From Candidatus Levyibacteriota bacterium (GTDB lineage Bacteria; Patescibacteriota; Microgenomatia; Levybacterales; UBA12049), in NCBI GenBank assembly GCA_003173895.1, contig PJMG01000022.1:67454-131453 (forward strand): a stretch of DNA of 64,000 nt. The letters are read 5' to 3'. Below, one piece after another: positions 50,471-58,601 of this stretch. Every line of letters begins with the position of its first letter. Position 1 is the first letter of the stretch. Under the pieces are notes generated by a model. The model had not been told where the DNA came from. It was given only the letters and a program-made list of their open reading frames with translations, and made no database searches. The position numbers and the translations under genes are program-made.

Positions 50471-51160
50471 TTATATAGAAAATGTTTTATTTTCCGCAAA
50501 AGAAAAATACGAAGATTTACAGATAATTAAATGCTCTAAAAGTTTTATTCCCATGATCTCCCCTGCTTCCTGAAGTTTTTTAGTAAAAATAATATCAGCA
50601 TCAGATGGATCTGGATCTTGAGATGGATGATTATGAGCCATAATTATAGAAATAGCTGGATTAGTAAGTGCAGGACTTAAAATCTCTTTTAGTTCTATAT
50701 GCATAGCGTTTATATTCCCTATCGCTATAGTTTCTTTTTTTATTAATTCATCTCGTGCATTGAGATATAACACTACTAGATTTTCCTGTCTTTTATCCGC
50801 TATCTCACGCAGTTGAGAAAGCATATCTAAAGTCGAGCGAATATAGGTTTTATTTACTGTTTCTTTACTAAAAATCCGCTGTCCTAATTCTATAGCAGCT
50901 AAAACTCTAGCTGCTTTAACACGACCAATACCAGGAATCTTAATCAAATTCTCCAAGGGAACTAAAGATATTTTCTCTATTGGAAATTGTTTTAAAATTT
51001 GTTCAGCTAAAGAAATTACATTTTGCTTCCTTCTACCAGTACCTAAAATAATTGCTAAAAGTTCTGCATTAGTTAGATTACTGCTACCCTTCTGTAGTAA
51101 TTTTTCTTGTGGTCTATCTGACTTGGGTAAATCTAATATTCTTTTTGTAGTTTTAAGCAT
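50471..51160 (-). CDS. radC: RadC-like JAB/MPN-domain protein
   Basis: N-terminal HhH-like region and the JAMM-like motif HNHPSQDPDPSDADI. Confidence 0.8.
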   Translation of the reverse strand: MLKTTKRILDLPKSDRPQEKLLQKGSSNLTNAELLAIILGTGRRKQNVISLAEQILKQFPIEKISLVPLENLIKIPGIGRVKAARVLAAIELGQRIFSKETVNKTYIRSTLDMLSQLREIADKRQENLVVLYLNARDELIKKETIAIGNINAMHIELKEILSPALTNPAISIIMAHNHPSQDPDPSDADIIFTKKLQEAGEIMGIKLLEHLIICKSSYFSFAENKTFSI

Positions 51161-51185
51161 ACATATAGTATACTAAGCCTAGTTT

Positions 51186-51503
51186 ATGAGTAAAAGAGTA
51201 TCTGCAACTATTCTTAATGAACTTTCAAAACGTATAAAAAAAGCACGTGAAGAATCTAATTTATCACAAAAAGAATTAGGCCAGAGCCTTGGTCTTTCTG
51301 ATAAAACTATATCATCATATGAAAAAGGTCGTAGTCTACCTTCTCTAAATCAATTAAAAAAGATTGCTCAAAAAACTGACTATCCACTTAGTTTTTTTAC
51401 TGAAGAAAAAAAATCTACTAATGATGTTCTGGAAAAGAAAATTAAAACTATTGAAAAAGAATTAACTGAGATAAAAAGATTACTAAAATACAAAGGTAAA
51501 TAA
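51186..51503 (+). CDS. XRE-family HTH regulator
   Basis: LSQKELGQSLGLSDKTISSYEKGRSLPSLNQLKKIA is an HTH_3 motif. Divergent from radC. Confidence 0.75.
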   Translation: MSKRVSATILNELSKRIKKAREESNLSQKELGQSLGLSDKTISSYEKGRSLPSLNQLKKIAQKTDYPLSFFTEEKKSTNDVLEKKIKTIEKELTEIKRLLKYKGK

Positions 51504-51556
51504 TCATCAAATTATTCCTCTTGACATCTTAGAATTAACTCTATTATTATGAGAAT

Positions 51557-51922
51557 ATGGAGGCTAAATTAGGATTTATTCTACTAGATAGAAATGAGAT
51601 TATTATTTATGTTTACCAAAAGGTTTTTGATAAGAAATGGGCACAAGCATGTTCTCACACTTATGAATTAGTTCCTTATTACTACAAAGAAATAATTTCA
51701 TCATTTGAAATAAGAGATTTTTTAATTAAAATTATACTTTCTCATCAATCAATTCCTAATATCGAATGGCATCTTTTTGGCAGACAAATTGAAGAACGTA
51801 TGTTTAATGAAGTAACTTTAGGTTTTAATTTCCCTTGTCTGCTTTTAAATTTATCTGAAGAACAGAAATTACTTTGCAAAGGCCTATTATTTGAGACAAT
51901 AAAACTTTTTTCTGAATCTTAG
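51557..51922 (+). CDS. hypothetical protein
   Basis: 121-aa ORF downstream of the XRE gene with no motifs. Confidence 0.4.
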   Translation: MEAKLGFILLDRNEIIIYVYQKVFDKKWAQACSHTYELVPYYYKEIISSFEIRDFLIKIILSHQSIPNIEWHLFGRQIEERMFNEVTLGFNFPCLLLNLSEEQKLLCKGLLFETIKLFSES

Positions 51923-52710
51923 AGAATTATATCTCCAGGGTTGAGATTGAAGTGAGTTGCAGCAGATTTTCCTTGAACTACTATTTCTAAAAATCTTTTA
52001 TCTTTTAAACCAGAACTCCCTACTATTAAACCAGGTTTATCATTTGGAACGTCTTTAAGTCTATCAAAACATTCAATTTCGCCTACTTTAGTTTTTAAAA
52101 CTTTACCGTGCTTATGTCCTACTTCCTCAGGTAGAATAGTAGTTTTACAGTTTCCAAAATTATCCACCCACCATACACTAGGAGCTAAATCATCCACTTT
52201 AGAAAATGAATATTCCTCTGTAGGAAAATCTTCCTTATCATAAGCCCATTTCGCGAGTCTTGGCATGTAATCGTAGCTTCTAAATTGACTATGGACTATT
52301 CTATCTCTGGGTTCTTTATCTAGTTTTCCCTTCTCAATCATGTAATCAATAACTGCTGCTACATCTGTAAGCTTTAAAGATTCTGCTATTCCAAATTTCT
52401 TAACTAAAGAGAGCATTTGTTCTGCAATAGTAGAAACAATCAGGGTTTTTCCATGGTAAAAATAGCCAAAAGGCGTTCCATTAGGCCATTTTTTACCTCT
52501 ACCGTGACGAGGCGCTACATTAGCTAAGATAATACCGTCTTCACCGTTTGAAGCATCTAAAATATCAATTAAATTACCAGCTCCTTCTACCTCGCTCCAA
52601 CCAATACCTACTGTAACTATAGATGTTTGTGGAAAAAGAATGGCTAATCTGGTAGCCTGCCTACCCATTGCACTTTGATCATTGCAATCATTAATTACTG
52701 TTACAAACAT
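51919..52710 (-). CDS. DUF62-family SAM hydroxide adenosyltransferase-like (fluorinase/chlorinase fold)
   Basis: N-terminal VTVINDCNDQSAMGRQA (hhTDFG-like), DNFGNCKTTI (D-FGN block) and a C-terminal GSSG...GDIIL beta-barrel domain. Confidence 0.5.
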   Translation of the reverse strand: MFVTVINDCNDQSAMGRQATRLAILFPQTSIVTVGIGWSEVEGAGNLIDILDASNGEDGIILANVAPRHGRGKKWPNGTPFGYFYHGKTLIVSTIAEQMLSLVKKFGIAESLKLTDVAAVIDYMIEKGKLDKEPRDRIVHSQFRSYDYMPRLAKWAYDKEDFPTEEYSFSKVDDLAPSVWWVDNFGNCKTTILPEEVGHKHGKVLKTKVGEIECFDRLKDVPNDKPGLIVGSSGLKDKRFLEIVVQGKSAATHFNLNPGDIIL

Positions 52711-52792
52711 AACACTGAGTATAAAGATATTGCTTGCTTAATGTCAATTCTGTAATTTTTTTAAAAAAATTGGTATAATAATAAATTAGAAT

Positions 52793-53125
52793 CTAAAAGA
52801 ATAGTTCCCACCATTTTTGCCAATTAGGTAAAGAGTTAATTTTTTCCGCTTTGGTTTGACTTTTACCTATCTCCATTAAAGCCACATTTTCACCCTTTTT
52901 ACTCATAAAAAGCTTATTACGAGCTGTCTCTTCTATATAAAAAGGTGAAGAAGCATTTTGAAGCTGATTTTTAATATTTTTATTCTCCATTTGCTCTTTT
53001 AAGAGTCTGGCTTTCTCTGTTTTTAAGATATCACGCTTTTGCCAAAGGCTATAAATAGAGCTTATTGACGAATAAATAGAAATCAGGCAAACTATTGTAA
53101 TTACTATAAAAATTATTTTTTTCAT
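52793..53125 (-). CDS. FtsB/DivIC-like septum-formation initiator
   Basis: N-terminal TM, coiled coil, and the C-terminal motif IEETARNKLFMSKKGE. Confidence 0.5.
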   Translation of the reverse strand: MKKIIFIVITIVCLISIYSSISSIYSLWQKRDILKTEKARLLKEQMENKNIKNQLQNASSPFYIEETARNKLFMSKKGENVALMEIGKSQTKAEKINSLPNWQKWWELFF

Positions 53126-53176
53126 TGACCTAAAGCCAAAAATCTGATATTATAGGTTCTCTAATAGTTAAAATTT

Positions 53177-54043
53177 ATGGCTAGTCTTAAACTTCGTGAA
53201 GCACACGAGAAATTTAAAAACTATTTAAAAGATAAAAATAAATCTAACTCTACTATTTTAGCATATGGGAAGGATTTAGATCAGTTGATATCTTTCTTAG
53301 AAATGCTCAAAAAAGAGCATTTACATGATGTGAAAAAGGAAGATATTGAAGCTTTTGTAGCTAAAATGAAGGGCAAGGGATATAGTGTTAAGTCTGTATC
53401 TCGTAAACTTAATTCTACTAGAACCTTTTATAACTTTTTAAAAATTAACGAATATTATACGGATGATCCATCTATTTTAGTAGAACCTCCTAGATATGCT
53501 CTAGATGAACCTAGAGTTTTAACTCCTACTGAATATCGAGCCCTTCGTGATGCTGCCAGAAAAGATCCTAGAATCTATGCTATTATCGAAGTTCTACTTC
53601 AAACTGGACTTAGGATTGCAGAACTAGCTGAACTTAGACTTTCTGATGTCTCCAAACATGAGCTTAAAATCAGAGCATTTGAAAAGCATGAAGAAAGAAC
53701 TGTACCTTTAAATAAATCTGCTAAAGAAGCCCTAGAAGGTTATTTAAAAATTAGAAAGGAAGTAAATGATGATCATGTATTTATTACTAAAACAGGCAAA
53801 CCATTTTTAATCAGAAATATTAGAACTTCTGTAGAAAGATTCTTTAAAATGGCAGAAATTAAAAATGTAACTATTAATGATCTTAGGAATACTTTTATAG
53901 CTCACCATTTAAAACATGGTGTTTCTTTAATTGTACTATCTAAAATAGTCGGTCATAAAAGACTATCCACTACTGAAAGATATTTAAAATATATTAAAGA
54001 TGGTCAAAAGAAAAATAGTACTAACCACTTAACAGAATTATAA
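53177..54043 (+). CDS. xerC: tyrosine site-specific recombinase XerC/XerD family
   Basis: Core-binding N-domain plus catalytic R (LLQTGLRIAEL), HxxR (HHLKH...), and RY at the C-terminus (TTERYLKY). Confidence 0.85.
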   Translation: MASLKLREAHEKFKNYLKDKNKSNSTILAYGKDLDQLISFLEMLKKEHLHDVKKEDIEAFVAKMKGKGYSVKSVSRKLNSTRTFYNFLKINEYYTDDPSILVEPPRYALDEPRVLTPTEYRALRDAARKDPRIYAIIEVLLQTGLRIAELAELRLSDVSKHELKIRAFEKHEERTVPLNKSAKEALEGYLKIRKEVNDDHVFITKTGKPFLIRNIRTSVERFFKMAEIKNVTINDLRNTFIAHHLKHGVSLIVLSKIVGHKRLSTTERYLKYIKDGQKKNSTNHLTEL

Positions 54044-54114
54044 TTTCTTCAAATTGCTCCTAATTTTATAACGAATAACTTGTTTTTAAGTGTCTCTTCT
54101 AGTACACTTTTTTA

Positions 54115-54393
54115 ATGACTCCTGAAACAGAGAGTTGGCTTACACAACAACAATTATCTGATTTGCTGGATATATCTTTACATAAAATTAGACCAGTAGT
54201 TAAATCTTTAGCTAATTTAGCTGAAGATCATAGAAGAACGACTGGAGAAGAAGGTTGTTATATCTCCGAAGGAACAGGAGAAAAAGTTATATTTCTAGCA
54301 AAAGAAGATCCACAGGATAATCGTTTTATGTTAGTTAATAGTCGTTCTATACCTACTTTAAGGAGAGCTTTTGGCATTCCGATAGAAAATTAA
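54115..54393 (+). CDS. small hypothetical protein
   Basis: 92-aa ORF downstream of the recombinase. Confidence 0.35.
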   Translation: MTPETESWLTQQQLSDLLDISLHKIRPVVKSLANLAEDHRRTTGEEGCYISEGTGEKVIFLAKEDPQDNRFMLVNSRSIPTLRRAFGIPIEN

Positions 54394-54406
54394 TTTTTGA
54401 GACGTG

Positions 54407-54478
54407 TGCGCCCAGCTGGACTCGAACCAACGACACGGTGTGTATAAGACACCTGCTCTACCACTGAGCTATGGGCGC
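54407..54478 (-). tRNA. tRNA-Ile with anticodon TAT (UAU), which would decode AUA
   Basis: Minus strand GCGCCCA-TA-GCTC-AGTGGTA-GAGC-A-GGTGT-CTTATAC-ACACC-GTGTC-GTTGG-TTCGAGT-CCAGC-TGGGCGC-A. Perfect cloverleaf. Confidence 0.8.
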
Positions 54479-54499
54479 GTGCTTGATATTATATCAAAA

Positions 54500-56860
54500 T
54501 TAGAGCTTTGCGCGGACTGCTATTTCTGCTTCTACTTGTTCTTTACTTTTAGCATATTTTAAACGTGATAATTCTTTTATAATTTGTGCTACTTTCATAC
54601 TCTCTTTTGCTTTTTCTTCAGCCATATTTTTTACCATATCTACTGAAAATGGTGTAACTGGTTCACCACCTACAATAGTTTTAACATAAGCATTATATTT
54701 ATCTACATTAATTAAATCTGCTTCATTAAAAACAGGTTGAAATTCGTGCTGGAGATAATTGGCATCTTGAACTCCTACTCTAAAAGAGACCAAAGTTCCT
54801 ACGTTACCAAAAACAGCATTTTTAACTTCTTCTTGCATTTGACCTATAAATTGATTAGCTACAATTAAGTTCAAACGGTATTTACGAGCCTCAGATAGAA
54901 TAGTGGCAAAATCTTGAGAAGCGAAGTTTTGGAACTCATCAACATATAAGAAGAAATCTTTTCTTTGATCCATAGGCATATTTTGTCTACTCATAGCAGC
55001 TACCACTATTTTAGGAATTAAAATAAGTCCTAAGAAATTAGAATTTTCCTCACCAATTATTCCTTTAGATAAATTTATTAAGAGAATTTTTTGGTTATCC
55101 ATTATGTCACGTAGATCAAAAGAACTTTTTGATTGACCTATGATATTTCTCATTAGTTTATTTGTAATGAAACGACCGAATTTAGAAACTGTATAATCTA
55201 ATACTTCTGACTTATGAAAATCGTTAGTTTGAGCTATTTGATCGGTCCAATAACGCCTAACTATAGGATCGGTAACTTTAGGTAAAAGTTCTTGAACAAA
55301 TGAAGAATCTGTCAAAACGCGTTGGACTTCCACGAAAGTACTACCAGGTTCATACATACAAGTTAACATAGCGTTTCTGATTCCATGTTCAAGACGGGGT
55401 CCTACAATACCTGTTTGATTAGGATCAAAAAGCTTATAGAAAAGACCAATCGTAGATGAAACCACATAATGTTTCTGTTCTTCAGAATAGGCTTCCATAA
55501 TGTTAAGTCCCATAGGACGAGCTGTATCCGAAGGATCAAATAAAACCACATCTTCTGCTCGTTTGGCTGGAATACGAGGAAGTACGGATTCTATTAAATC
55601 TCCATGAGGATCAATGACACAAACACCCTGACCATTTTCAATATCCTGAATAATCATATCTTTAAGGAATTCAGATTTTCCAGTTCCGGTCTTTCCAATG
55701 ATATACATATGACGCCTGCGATCTTCAAGCCCCATATAAACTGATTTAGCAATGCCGCGAAAGAGACTTCGTCCGATATAGAGTCCTTCTGAAGCAATTT
55801 GTGTAGGTGCTGGAGCACGTTTAGAAGTTAACCAATAAATATGAGGAGTGGTAATTCCTTTATTTGGGAAGTGAAAAATAGTGGCTAATTCTTCACTAGT
55901 CATAATGGAGGTTTGATCGCGCAGGGGCCAAAATCTATAAACAAAATCTTTAACAGATAAATTTTTAAACCAAGGTTTACATTTTTCAAAACTATTTCCA
56001 CCTGAAAATTGTGCAAAGGCTCCCTCTATATTACCCAAATGTGCTTCAGCTTTTTCTTTATCATGGGAAGAAACTACTAATCTTACTACTACGTTAAAAC
56101 CGGGTTTACTGATTTTATTTTCAATTCCTTCCAATTCTTTAGGATCGCTAGAATATTTAGCAGTTTCCGGATTAGATTCTTTTTTCTTAGTTTCAGCTAT
56201 AAATTTACGTCCTAATTTTTTCCATTTCGCCGCTGCTGGACTTACCATAATTTGGATAGCTGCACCTTCACCTTCACTCATTTTGGCTAAAACAGAAGTT
56301 AGAAGAGATAGACCATCGGTTGGTAATTCTTTAAAAATTTTAATGGGCTTATATGCTGATTCTTCTAATTTTAAAGATGCAAAAGCTACTTTTCCGTTTT
56401 TAGAAAAAATGTTGTAATCATTACCAATAATATTTTTTTGTTTAGGATCTGATTCTGTAACTTCTGAAATTTCTGCATCGGGATAAGCACCATTAATAAG
56501 CTTTTCTAATTGATCTCTAAATTTATTAGGAGTATGAATATAAAATCTGATATCAGCTGGCTGCCCTACAATTTCAAATGAAACATGAGAAGCAGGAGTA
56601 AATCTTCCACCTTTACTTAGAGTGGAAAGTCCTGAAAACAATTGCTCTGCAGCATCAATCTTAATTTCATTTTCGCGAGGTACAGCTACTTGAAGTAGTA
56701 CTGAATCCAAAGATGCTTTTTCTCTATTTCGATATTTATATAAAAGAAAAAGTAAATATCCACCAAAACCTACTCCAGCTACTATAGCTGCTAAAACAGC
56801 CAGAACTAAAACTATAAGAATGAAAAGCAGTAAAAAATTCTGAGAAGATAAAAGTTCCAT
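54500..56860 (-). CDS. membrane-anchored VirB4/TraC-like (AAA_10/DUF87/HerA-FtsK class) ATPase
   Basis: N-terminal TM helices, Walker A YIIGKTGTGKSEF, Walker B LYVDEFQNF, and VIDPHGDL. 786 aa. Confidence 0.5.
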   Translation of the reverse strand: MELLSSQNFLLLFILIVLVLAVLAAIVAGVGFGGYLLFLLYKYRNREKASLDSVLLQVAVPRENEIKIDAAEQLFSGLSTLSKGGRFTPASHVSFEIVGQPADIRFYIHTPNKFRDQLEKLINGAYPDAEISEVTESDPKQKNIIGNDYNIFSKNGKVAFASLKLEESAYKPIKIFKELPTDGLSLLTSVLAKMSEGEGAAIQIMVSPAAAKWKKLGRKFIAETKKKESNPETAKYSSDPKELEGIENKISKPGFNVVVRLVVSSHDKEKAEAHLGNIEGAFAQFSGGNSFEKCKPWFKNLSVKDFVYRFWPLRDQTSIMTSEELATIFHFPNKGITTPHIYWLTSKRAPAPTQIASEGLYIGRSLFRGIAKSVYMGLEDRRRHMYIIGKTGTGKSEFLKDMIIQDIENGQGVCVIDPHGDLIESVLPRIPAKRAEDVVLFDPSDTARPMGLNIMEAYSEEQKHYVVSSTIGLFYKLFDPNQTGIVGPRLEHGIRNAMLTCMYEPGSTFVEVQRVLTDSSFVQELLPKVTDPIVRRYWTDQIAQTNDFHKSEVLDYTVSKFGRFITNKLMRNIIGQSKSSFDLRDIMDNQKILLINLSKGIIGEENSNFLGLILIPKIVVAAMSRQNMPMDQRKDFFLYVDEFQNFASQDFATILSEARKYRLNLIVANQFIGQMQEEVKNAVFGNVGTLVSFRVGVQDANYLQHEFQPVFNEADLINVDKYNAYVKTIVGGEPVTPFSVDMVKNMAEEKAKESMKVAQIIKELSRLKYAKSKEQVEAEIAVRAKL

Positions 56861-56863
56861 AAA

Positions 56864-57283
56864 TTACTTTTTGTTTATTTGATCATAATTTTTTATAACT
56901 AAAAATGAAAGCCATAGCAAAGGATCTGAAGAGTCGTTAAAAAGAGAAAATCCATGAGTTAGTTTTATAGCATCGCTTAAAGAAATAGGTAAATTTAGCT
57001 TTGAATTATTAGCCAAATTTGTATTATTAGTTGACACTGGAGTATTTACTGGAACAGGATTTTGATTTTGAGCTAAATTAGAAGTAGTATTTTTTTCTAT
57101 TTTTTCAATTTGACTTTCATTTTTAGGTGTAGTTTCTTGTATTGGAGCAGTTTCTATAGATACACCTGAATTTTCTATTGGATCTAACTTAACGGCAGCA
57201 CCTTCTTTTCCTACAGTAGGAACACTTACGGGAGTTGATTGATTTTGGAGATTACTATTTTGAGTATTTTGATCGTCTTGCAT
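56864..57283 (-). CDS. hypothetical Asn/Thr/Pro-rich low-complexity protein
   Basis: 139-aa ORF, 4 nt upstream of the ATPase gene on the same strand. Confidence 0.4.
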   Translation of the reverse strand: MQDDQNTQNSNLQNQSTPVSVPTVGKEGAAVKLDPIENSGVSIETAPIQETTPKNESQIEKIEKNTTSNLAQNQNPVPVNTPVSTNNTNLANNSKLNLPISLSDAIKLTHGFSLFNDSSDPLLWLSFLVIKNYDQINKK

Positions 57284-57340
57284 AATGTTATGATACCATT
57301 TGAAGCGTATATATTCAATTAAATTAAGTACTTCTTATTA

Positions 57341-57445
57341 AAGTGAGTAGCAATGCTTTTAAATAGCATTGAAATTCGCTATTTTACAAATATTAAAATA
57401 AAATAAACTTACTATTAGCGAACGCCTATTTAAAAGTATATGCTA
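57341..57445. repeat. intergenic mosaic repeat element, copy B (segments P1 and P3)
   Basis: ttttaaatagcattgaaa and ttagcgaacgcctatttaaaa-gtata match copy A at 14121-14265. P1 lies inside the hairpin caatgct/agcattg. Confidence 0.5.
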
Positions 57446-57471
57446 CAAGCTTAATTATAAAAAATTTAATT

Positions 57472-58035
57472 TTATTTCTTCCAAATATTTTCCTTAATTT
57501 TTTTACCAAAGTTTACATAGCGAGCTAGCGTGAAAAACAAATCCGAAAGTCTGTTTAAATAAATTAAATTTTCTTTTTGTACAAATTCATCTTTGGATAA
57601 TTTAACCATTATTCGCTCAGCCCTACGACTAATAGTTCTAGCTAAATGTAAATTAGCAGATATTAAATCTCCTCCTGGGAGAATAAAATTTTTAAGAGGA
57701 GGCATTTTTTCTGTTAACTTATCAATTAATTTTTCAAACTCCAAAACAGTTTTATCTAAATATGAACTTTCTTCTTTAGAATATTTAGCATTCGGACTAG
57801 AGATATTAGACTCAATTAAAAATAAATCCTTTTGAATAGTTTTTAATAAGTTTTCAATATCCAAATTGTGAAATATTAACTCTGAACTGTAAATTAATGC
57901 AATTATAATTCCAATTACAGAATTTAACTCATCTAAACTTCCATATGTTTCTACTCGTATATCATCTTTATAAACTCTCACACCACCCATTAAAGAAGTA
58001 GTACCGCGATCACCTGTTTTAGTATAAATTTTCAT
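57472..58035 (-). CDS. pduO: ATP:cob(I)alamin adenosyltransferase, PduO type
   Basis: MKIYTKTGDRGTTSL...ETYGSLDELNS N-terminal signature. Confidence 0.85.
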   Translation of the reverse strand: MKIYTKTGDRGTTSLMGGVRVYKDDIRVETYGSLDELNSVIGIIIALIYSSELIFHNLDIENLLKTIQKDLFLIESNISSPNAKYSKEESSYLDKTVLEFEKLIDKLTEKMPPLKNFILPGGDLISANLHLARTISRRAERIMVKLSKDEFVQKENLIYLNRLSDLFFTLARYVNFGKKIKENIWKK

Positions 58036-58559
58036 ATTAATTTCTCAATTAGTGTTAATGCTTTTAAATAAGTTTTATGTGTTATTAATTTTTTAGCATT
58101 ATTTAAGCTTACCCATTTTACATCATTAAATTCTCTATAATCTACATTAAGATTTTCCTGAGTTTTTATTAAATACCAAGTATCAAAATGCGCTTTGCAA
58201 ATTTGTCCATCATTTTTAATCTGCATTACAGAAAGTAAGAAGGGTTTATCTAATTTATTAATTTTTAATCCTAATTCTTCGTTTGCTTCCCTTTTAACTG
58301 CATCTTCTAAAGTTTCACCGCTTTCAATGTGTCCACCATTAACTATCCACTGTTTGGCTTTTTTATGGTTAACAATAAGAATTTCTTTTTTTTCTGGATT
58401 AAATGGTATAAAAAATACACAGCAATGATTTTCTGGACTTTCTGATTTAACTAATTTTTTTGTTTTTAATAAATCAGAAAACTCTTTAAACTCATTATTA
58501 TTTAAAAACATTTCTTCAGTAGCAAGATTGATAAGTTCTCTAATTAAGCTTGTTTCCAT
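58032..58559 (-). CDS. NUDIX hydrolase
   Basis: Nudix box GGHIESGETLEDAVKREANEELGL. Confidence 0.8.
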   Translation of the reverse strand: METSLIRELINLATEEMFLNNNEFKEFSDLLKTKKLVKSESPENHCCVFFIPFNPEKKEILIVNHKKAKQWIVNGGHIESGETLEDAVKREANEELGLKINKLDKPFLLSVMQIKNDGQICKAHFDTWYLIKTQENLNVDYREFNDVKWVSLNNAKKLITHKTYLKALTLIEKLI

Positions 58560-58601
58560 ATAACCAATTGGATTTTATATGAATTTAATTTTTGAGGCAA
58601 T

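Noticed and set aside
50292-50573. 93-aa ORF overlapping the radC 3' end
   Set aside because: It runs antisense into radC and starts inside a repeat motif, so it is probably not protein-coding. It is discussed as a repeat or ncRNA region instead.
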